Assembly: GCA_038046805.1 (NCBI GenBank)
Contig: JBBSVO010000002.1
Location: 80,784-114,344 of the forward strand
DNA from: Candidatus Micrarchaeota archaeon
GTDB taxonomy: Archaea; Micrarchaeota; Micrarchaeia; Anstonellales; Bilamarchaeaceae
Length of the DNA: 33,561 nt
Direction of reading: 5' to 3'
Shown here: positions 28,212-33,561 of the stretch, in pieces
Layout: every line of letters starts with the position of its first letter
Position numbering within the stretch: the first letter of the stretch is position 1
Notes under the pieces: model-generated
The model's database searches: none
Seen by the model: the letters and a program-made list of their open reading frames with translations, nothing else
Told to the model about the DNA's origin: nothing
Program-made: the position numbers and the translations under genes

Positions 28212-28607
28212 TTAACTTCCGCCAGCCAGTCCCAGACAATCTGTTTCAGGGTCTACCCTGCAGCATTTCTGAACCCATTCGCTGTTTCCCTCGCCCGTCA
28301 TAAGCTGGGAAATAATTACTGGCATCAGAATGTAGATGAGCGCACCTATAATCGCTCCAATGAACATCGCAGTCGCCCATACGGCTGCTCGTGCCCTTGT
28401 CTCGGCACCAAGTACCTGTCCGACTGCATAAACCAATGCGGCAATAACAACAAGCATTAGCATTCCGATTGCAAGTGAACTTTGAACTATTGCGCACATT
28501 CCGCCCAATGCCTTTTGAATATTTTCAGCGGCGTTCTGTCCTGCAAAGGTCGCACTAACCAAAAGAAGAAAAATAAAAGAAAAGGAAAAAAGAAAAGGTG
28601 TTTTCAT
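28212..28607 (-). CDS. VirB2/TrbC-like pilin-type membrane protein, copy 3
   Basis: Signal peptide plus two hydrophobic helices joined by GQVLGAETRARA; Cys-rich C-terminus. Confidence 0.72.
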   Translation of the reverse strand: MKTPFLFSFSFIFLLLVSATFAGQNAAENIQKALGGMCAIVQSSLAIGMLMLVVIAALVYAVGQVLGAETRARAAVWATAMFIGAIIGALIYILMPVIISQLMTGEGNSEWVQKCCRVDPETDCLGLAGGS

Positions 28608-28611
28608 ATGC

Positions 28612-28986
28612 TCACGAGCAGGAAGTTCCAACTGCGTCTGGATTGTCTATTATATCCGTAAGTGCAGTATCTTGCGAGAACAGTTGCTTCAATATGAACG
28701 GTAGTAGAATGTACAACAGCGCCCCGATTATCGCACCAATGAACATTGCCGTTGCCCAGACCGAAGCTCTTGCCCTAGTCTCAGCACCAAGTACCTGTCC
28801 TACTGCGTAAACCACTGCCGCAGCAACTACAAGCAACATCATGCCGATTGCAAGCGCGTTCTTTACAGTTACGTACATACATCCAAGTGCGCTTTTAATG
28901 TTTGCACCTGCATCAATAGCTGCAAATCCAACGCCCAACAATCCAACCAGCACCAATGCCATGATGATATATTTTCCGTATCTCAT
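28612..28986 (-). CDS. VirB2/TrbC-like pilin-type membrane protein, copy 2
   Basis: Same core (AIGMMLLVVAAAVVYAVGQVLGAETRARASVWATAMFIGAIIGAL); GAGGG ribosome-binding site. Confidence 0.75.
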   Translation of the reverse strand: MRYGKYIIMALVLVGLLGVGFAAIDAGANIKSALGCMYVTVKNALAIGMMLLVVAAAVVYAVGQVLGAETRARASVWATAMFIGAIIGALLYILLPFILKQLFSQDTALTDIIDNPDAVGTSCS

Positions 28987-29028
28987 AGTGTAATCCCTCT
29001 TTTGTATTTTATTTTATTATTATGAAAT

Positions 29029-29409
29029 TTATATCGCATTCGGATTGCATTGAATCAAAGACGGGTCCTTTAAAACAGCTGCAATTGGGTCCCCTGCAAA
29101 CAATGTTCCCAATATGAACGGCAGTAGAAGGTATATCAATGCACCAATTATCGCACCAATGAACATTGCCGTTGCCCAGACCGAAGCTCTTGCCCTAGTC
29201 TCAGCACCAAGTACCTGTCCTACTGCGTAAACCACTGCCGCAGCAACTACAAGCAACATCATGCCGATTGCAAGTGCATCTCTTACTGTGACCAGTGTAC
29301 ATGCAAGTGCCATATTAATGTTTTTACCTGCCTCCATAGGAACAGCAGACCCTATACTAAGTAAACTGGCGAATATCGACGCAATAACGATATACTTATT
29401 ATATCTCAT
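29029..29409 (-). CDS. VirB2/TrbC-like pilin-type membrane protein, copy 1
   Basis: Same core as copy 2; GAGGG ribosome-binding site. Confidence 0.75.
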   Translation of the reverse strand: MRYNKYIVIASIFASLLSIGSAVPMEAGKNINMALACTLVTVRDALAIGMMLLVVAAAVVYAVGQVLGAETRARASVWATAMFIGAIIGALIYLLLPFILGTLFAGDPIAAVLKDPSLIQCNPNAI

Positions 29410-29455
29410 AGTTATCCCTCTTTAGCATATATTTTATTTTTCATTTGCTTGCCAA

Positions 29456-29475
29456 TATTTAAAAAGGTTTATATC
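29456..29475. promoter_or_regulatory. Putative back-to-back archaeal TATA boxes
   Basis: TTTTTTAAATA on the minus strand about 50 bp upstream of pilin copy 1; AAAAAGG-TTTATAT (BRE/TATA-like) on the plus strand facing the structured element. Confidence 0.4.
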
Positions 29476-29533
29476 CCAGCATATTTCGGGTTTGGGGGCC
29501 GGTTTTCATTTAAATCCAGAGATTTCCACCAGT

Positions 29534-29682
29534 CTATCGTGATGTCGGCAGAGTACCGTTCTACTCGTGAACGGGCGAATGCCGACACGACATCACGAGA
29601 ATTTTTCGAATGGGTGGGATACCGTGCGCTTGCGCACGGTCCCTCTCCCACAGGAGGGGACGCCCTTCGAAAAATCTGATTT
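29534..29682 (+). ncRNA. Candidate structured ncRNA, copy 1
   Basis: 11-bp stem TCGTGATGTCG/CGACATCACGA; GAGTA/GCGAA internal loop; 10-bp stem ATTTTTCGAA/TTCGAAAAAT closing a three-way junction; covaries with copy 2. Confidence 0.65.
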
Positions 29683-29750
29683 CGTCTTTTCCCTCGTATA
29701 TCCTGAAAACATATTTTTAGCATAATCAAAATCCAATATCCCCTCATCTT

Positions 29751-29799
29751 GGCCAATAAACTGTCCGAAAATAGCCAAAATCGGTCAATATAATGACCG
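29751..29799 (+). repeat. 49-bp direct repeat, left copy (two CGGTCA-N6-TGACCG-like boxes)
   Basis: GGCCAATAAACTGTCCGAAAATAGCCAAAATCGGTCAATATAATGACCG; 42/49 identical to 31057-31105. Confidence 0.8.
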
Positions 29800-29842
29800 A
29801 CCTGTTTAAAAAACCAATGCTCCATAGGATATATTGATTAAT

Positions 29843-31054
29843 ATGGGCGTTGTGGAATTTCTCAAGGAAGAAAAATTTCTGATGGAAGATGCGCTTAAGG
29901 GCAGTCTAAAAGAGCACAGAAGGGACGCATATACTGAGATGGAAAAGGCAAACATTATCGTGTTGCATGGGCTAAGGGGCACGGGCAAGACAACACTTAT
30001 TGCACAGAAATACGCGGAAACCGGGAAAGGTCTGGCAATACACGGTGAGCATCTGGGTCTTGCAGGATACACGATAAAGGATCTTATAAGTCCGTTAAGG
30101 CACATTCTTACCGAAGGGTATCTTTTTTTTGACGAGATTGCCAAGCTGAAGAACTGGCCAGAGGAGATAAAGGTATTATCCGATATGTATCCAAAGATAA
30201 AGATAGTAATTACTGGTTCATCCGCAGTTAATCTTCAGAATGCAAAACGCATATTATCGCGGCGTGCTTTATTCATACATCTCAGGCCATTGACGTTCAA
30301 CGAATTTCTGCGCATACGATATGGAAAAACCATCGCGCAATTTGATCCATTTTCAGGTGATCCGCTTACCAGTGCTTTGAGAACAGAACTTGATTTCAGA
30401 GAAAAAATAAATGACCCGCCAGAAGCAGTGTTAAGCGAATATAAACGTGCTAACCTGCCATATCTGCTTGAAAAACCAGTATCTACTCTGTTGGACATGC
30501 TCGACAGGGTTATATACGAAGATATAGGTTCAACAGGATCTTTTTCCGAGGACGTCCTGGGAAAATTTTGGCCATTGCTCAAGCTTCTCGCGCTTTCGGA
30601 AAAAACAAGCTATGATAATCTTTCTACTGATCTAGGATTGGGTAAAGGCACTGTTGTTAAAATGATTGAATACCTAACAAAAGCAAATCTTATCATTCCA
30701 GTAATGCCATATAAAAGCGGGAAGGCAAAAGTGAGAAAAGAGTCGAAATATCTGTTTGCTTCCCCAGTAATAAGAGAAACTATTTTGCAATTACTGGGGG
30801 AAAAGGAGCGGGCGGTTGGTTTGGGAAGAGAAGATCTTTTTGCCATGCATGTAGATGGTTTGTTTTATCTCAAAACCGGCCCGGATTATGTTTGGAATAA
30901 CGCGCTTTTTGAGATTGGTGGCCCAAGCAAAAGCTCCGGGCAGTTTGCAATGGTAAACGCCAAGTTGAAACGTTTTATCATACATGAAGGAACTGAAATT
31001 TCCTATGCCGATATCATGAAGATTCCGTTTTATGTTTTTCTTACTCATAAATAG
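29843..31054 (+). CDS. AAA family ATPase (AAA_14-like) with winged-helix and degenerate PD-(D/E)xK-like C-terminus
   Basis: Walker A GLRGTGKT, Walker B LFFDEI, ITGSSA, LRPLTFNEFL, LSTDLGLGKGTVVKMIEYLTKANLI, PDYVW...FEIGGPSK. Confidence 0.85.
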   Translation: MGVVEFLKEEKFLMEDALKGSLKEHRRDAYTEMEKANIIVLHGLRGTGKTTLIAQKYAETGKGLAIHGEHLGLAGYTIKDLISPLRHILTEGYLFFDEIAKLKNWPEEIKVLSDMYPKIKIVITGSSAVNLQNAKRILSRRALFIHLRPLTFNEFLRIRYGKTIAQFDPFSGDPLTSALRTELDFREKINDPPEAVLSEYKRANLPYLLEKPVSTLLDMLDRVIYEDIGSTGSFSEDVLGKFWPLLKLLALSEKTSYDNLSTDLGLGKGTVVKMIEYLTKANLIIPVMPYKSGKAKVRKESKYLFASPVIRETILQLLGEKERAVGLGREDLFAMHVDGLFYLKTGPDYVWNNALFEIGGPSKSSGQFAMVNAKLKRFIIHEGTEISYADIMKIPFYVFLTHK

Positions 31055-31056
31055 TC

Positions 31057-31105
31057 GGTCAATCTATTGTCCGAAAATAGTCAAAATCGGTCAATTTACT
31101 GACCG
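31057..31105 (+). repeat. 49-bp direct repeat, right copy
   Basis: GGTCAATCTATTGTCCGAAAATAGTCAAAATCGGTCAATTTACTGACCG, beginning 2 nt after the ATPase stop codon. Confidence 0.8.
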
Positions 31106-31123
31106 TTATGTTTCCGGGCGAAA

Positions 31124-31185
31124 GGAATCCGGAACGCAAAATTCAAAACGGTGAGCAAAACCCTAAACTCAAAACCCGAAACGCT
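31124..31185. repeat. Degenerate heptamer tandem repeat
   Basis: GGAATCC GGAACGC AAAATTC AAAACGG ... AAAACCC TAAACTC AAAACCC GAAACGC; related units at about 31404-31436. Confidence 0.6.
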
Positions 31186-31237
31186 ACTTCCAATATCTGC
31201 CTGAACGACATTTCGTTCAAGTCTGTCGAAAATAAAC

Positions 31238-31386
31238 CTATTGCCAAGTCGGCGAGAGTACTGCATGCTTGCGGGCAGGTGAATTGCCAACCGACTTGGC
31301 AAGTATTTTTCGAATGAGCGGAATACCCCGCGAGTGCGCGGGGTCCCTCTCCATTAGGAGAGGGTGCTCTTCGAAAAATTTGATTT
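31238..31386 (+). ncRNA. Candidate structured ncRNA, copy 2
   Basis: 12-bp stem TTGCCAAGTCGG/CCGACTTGGCAA; GAGTA/GTGAA internal loop; same 10-bp stem and three-way junction as copy 1 with compensatory changes. Confidence 0.65.
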
Positions 31387-31436
31387 ACTGACTGAATTCC
31401 AGAGAACTCGAAACTCAAGACGCGAAGCGCGAGACC

Positions 31437-32513
31437 CTACTTCATTGCTCCTCTTACCCTTTGCATTGCAATCTTCAATGCCGCCTCTCTTGCATACCCG
31501 CCAGTTGTTTCGGATAAAACCAGCTTTGTATTTTTCGTAATTTTCTCCTCAACTACCTTGAACATTTCCTTTTCATTCATTCCCTTCCATTCGCAATAAG
31601 ACGAAATAACTCCTCCGGCATTTGCAAGGAAATCCGGAATAACAAGAACACCGCGGTCTGCGAGTTTCTTCTCCACTTCCTGTGTCATCGGAATATTTGC
31701 TGCTTCAACAACAATTTTCGCTTTCACTGCGCCAACATTCGCTTCTGTAATCACATTTGGTCTTGCACCAGGAACAAGAACATCAACAGGCAATTCAAAC
31801 AGTTTCGCGCCATCCAGTTTTTCTCCATCATCGTAAGCTGTAACCATTCCATGCTGTGCCTTTGTTTCCATCAGTTTATCGTAACTCAATCCATCCTTGT
31901 TGTAAATCGTTCCGCGCGAATCCGAAACCGCGACAACATTCGCGCCTTTTTCAGTCAAAAATTTCATTGTGAATGTGCCAACATTTCCAAACCCTTCTAT
32001 AGCAACAGTTGCGCCATTAACATCAATTCCTTTATGTGCAAGCGCCTCAAGCGTTGCAAGATAAACCCCATAGCCTGTAGAACCCAGTTCATGCGGAAGT
32101 CCGCCCATTGATGCAGGCTTTCCCGTGCATCCTCCTTTTCCCAATTCCTCTGCAAGAATGCCCATCTCCTTTTCAGTGGTATTCATATCCGGACCGCCAA
32201 TATAAAACTCTGGAACAAGAGGCTTTATTCTTCTTGCAAATGAGCGGATGATCTCCTCTTTATTAGATTTTTTTGGGTCTCCGCGAATGCCGCTTTTCGC
32301 TCCGCCAAAAGGCAAATCTGCAAGCGCATTCTTCCAGGTCATTGCACGTGCCAAACCTTTGACTTCATCAGTTGTTAAATCCGGAACAAACCGTGTTCCG
32401 CCCTTTCCAGGTCCAAGTGCGGTGTTATCAACAACTACGACGCCCCACATTCCGGTCTTCTGGTCGTATACTTCAAAAACTCTCTCGGGTCCGAATTCAT
32501 CAACTTTTGCCAT
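31437..32513 (-). CDS. gdhA: Glu/Leu/Phe/Val dehydrogenase (glutamate dehydrogenase-like)
   Basis: GPGKGGTR, MTWKNALADLPFGGAKSG, GPDMNT, TGKP, IEGFGNVG, VEAAN, PDFLANAGGVISSY. Confidence 0.85.
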   Translation of the reverse strand: MAKVDEFGPERVFEVYDQKTGMWGVVVVDNTALGPGKGGTRFVPDLTTDEVKGLARAMTWKNALADLPFGGAKSGIRGDPKKSNKEEIIRSFARRIKPLVPEFYIGGPDMNTTEKEMGILAEELGKGGCTGKPASMGGLPHELGSTGYGVYLATLEALAHKGIDVNGATVAIEGFGNVGTFTMKFLTEKGANVVAVSDSRGTIYNKDGLSYDKLMETKAQHGMVTAYDDGEKLDGAKLFELPVDVLVPGARPNVITEANVGAVKAKIVVEAANIPMTQEVEKKLADRGVLVIPDFLANAGGVISSYCEWKGMNEKEMFKVVEEKITKNTKLVLSETTGGYAREAALKIAMQRVRGAMK

Positions 32514-32715
32514 GCAAATCACTTCCTTGATATTTTTTAGAACAAGAATAGTTCAATATTAGTGCCAACTTCGCATGAAAAATTTATAAATGGATGCGGG
32601 CGGAACGAAAAACCCGGAAAGAAACACGTATGAAAAAAGCGGAATAAAAAAACCAAACACGCGAAAAATAAAAAAATCAAAAAAAAAAGAAAATTCCGTA
32701 AGCATTCGCTTCAAT

Positions 32716-33069
32716 TTACTTCTTAGAAGCAAGCGAATATACGGATTTTATGGCGACAATTACTGCCGCAGGTGCCACGAACGCTGTCAATGCGCCGGCA
32801 AATCCGGAAATCGCTCCCTGGACCGCCGCTCCGAATAGCGTGAATGCGTTTCCAAGCGCAGCAGCGGATGCAATCAATACCAATGCCGCAAGCAGGAATG
32901 AGTTAATCTCCTTGTCCGTGATATTCAATAGTCCGACAATCAAACCAAGCAATGCAAGCAAGGCCATCAATAAGCCAAGCCATGGCTGCACGAATGTTGC
33001 GAAAACCCCAACCAGCACGGCAATTACCAATCCTGCCAGAAATGCATACTCTCCATATTCTTCTGCCAT
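32716..33069 (-). CDS. Small four-TM membrane protein
   Basis: Four hydrophobic helices, GLIVGLLNITDKE, FVAPAA; GAGGTGA ribosome-binding site. Confidence 0.75.
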   Translation of the reverse strand: MAEEYGEYAFLAGLVIAVLVGVFATFVQPWLGLLMALLALLGLIVGLLNITDKEINSFLLAALVLIASAAALGNAFTLFGAAVQGAISGFAGALTAFVAPAAVIVAIKSVYSLASKK

Positions 33070-33281
33070 AAAAATTTCACCTCAGTTTTTTGTTATTTAA
33101 TTTTTATGCTTGAACGGTTTGCCGTTCAATGCGATGTAAAATCATCTGTTCCGTAATCTCGGTACAGGTTTAAAAAATTAGCGTTGTGCGCTTCGGGTAT
33201 CTTCTTTCATCACTCGTTTCGGAATTTTCATTTTTCCGAAATCTTTATAAACAATCCATGAACAAGTATAGCGGGATAACT

Positions 33282-33561
33282 ATGATTTCATCTCGTCTTT
33301 GGCATGTTGGATTATTTGGGATTTTATTTTTGCTGGTTTTGGCGAACTTCGGGTTTGCTGCTACGGCAGTTAATACCTGTGGCTCGGATGACGATCCTTC
33401 AAATGATCCTCTTGTAAAGGGAGAGATTGAAGTGAAGTATGGTTCTGGTTATTGGGACTCCACTAAAATAGGTCAATTAGTTATGTATGAAGACAAATGT
33501 TCTGGTTCTACAGTAGTTGATTTTTATTGTGATTCAACAGTTTATGCTGGTTATAATAATA
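33282..33561 (+). CDS. Secreted Cys-motif protein, N-terminal part (runs off the window)
   Basis: Manual translation: MISSRLWHVGLFGILFLLVLANFGFAATAVNTCGSDDDPSNDPLVKG...YEDKCSGSTVVDFYCDS; signal peptide; TTTATAAA box upstream; open to the window end. Confidence 0.7.
   Translation, partial: MISSRLWHVGLFGILFLLVLANFGFAATAVNTCGSDDDPSNDPLVKGEIEVKYGSGYWDSTKIGQLVMYEDKCSGSTVVDFYCDSTVYAGYNN

Noticed and set aside
29534..29682. Structured element as tRNA, 5S rRNA, hammerhead ribozyme or known riboswitch
   Set aside because: No cloverleaf with T-loop, no 5S helix architecture and no CUGANGA/GAAA core; copy 2 is not upstream of any gene on either strand. An Rfam search is still needed.
29469..29825. Minus-strand ORF similar to the ORF at 31143-31418 (both contain NQIFRRA.P..GEGP.A.A.Y..HSKN)
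   Set aside because: The similarity is confined to the duplicated structured element, and the substitutions preserve base pairing. The ORFs have unrelated starts and ends, so they are best read as shadows of the non-coding repeat.
29751..31105. Insertion sequence or transposon
   Set aside because: The repeats are direct rather than terminal inverted, and the enclosed gene has no transposase or integrase motifs.

Overview
Archaeal chromosomal region, most consistent with a DPANN/Micrarchaeota-type genome. This is inferred from uL16/L10e, RFC small subunit, archaeal-type PEP carboxylase, a class III signal peptide and GGTGA-type ribosome-binding sites. Housekeeping genes include valS (3' part), ileS, rfcS, trxB, rpl10e and a KaiC/RAD55-like ATPase. 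Carbon/nitrogen genes include a form III-type RuBisCO, an aspartase/class II fumarase, a ppcA-malic enzyme pair and a Glu/Leu/Phe/Val dehydrogenase. Surface proteins include a type IV pilin-like protein, a large beta-helix glycoprotein and three tandem VirB2/TrbC-like pilins. The most striking unexplained signal is at 29.5-31.4 kb. Two divergent copies of a ~150-nt highly structured element, with clear compensatory base changes (candidate novel ncRNA), bracket an AAA ATPase gene. That gene is itself flanked by 49-bp direct repeats containing CGGTCA-N6-TGACCG palindromes, and the module sits next to the pilin array, two of whose members share a 128-bp perfectly identical core. Degenerate 7-bp tandem repeats are scattered through intergenic DNA and inserted in-frame into genes. 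No tRNA, rRNA, CRISPR array, integrase or transposase was recognised.
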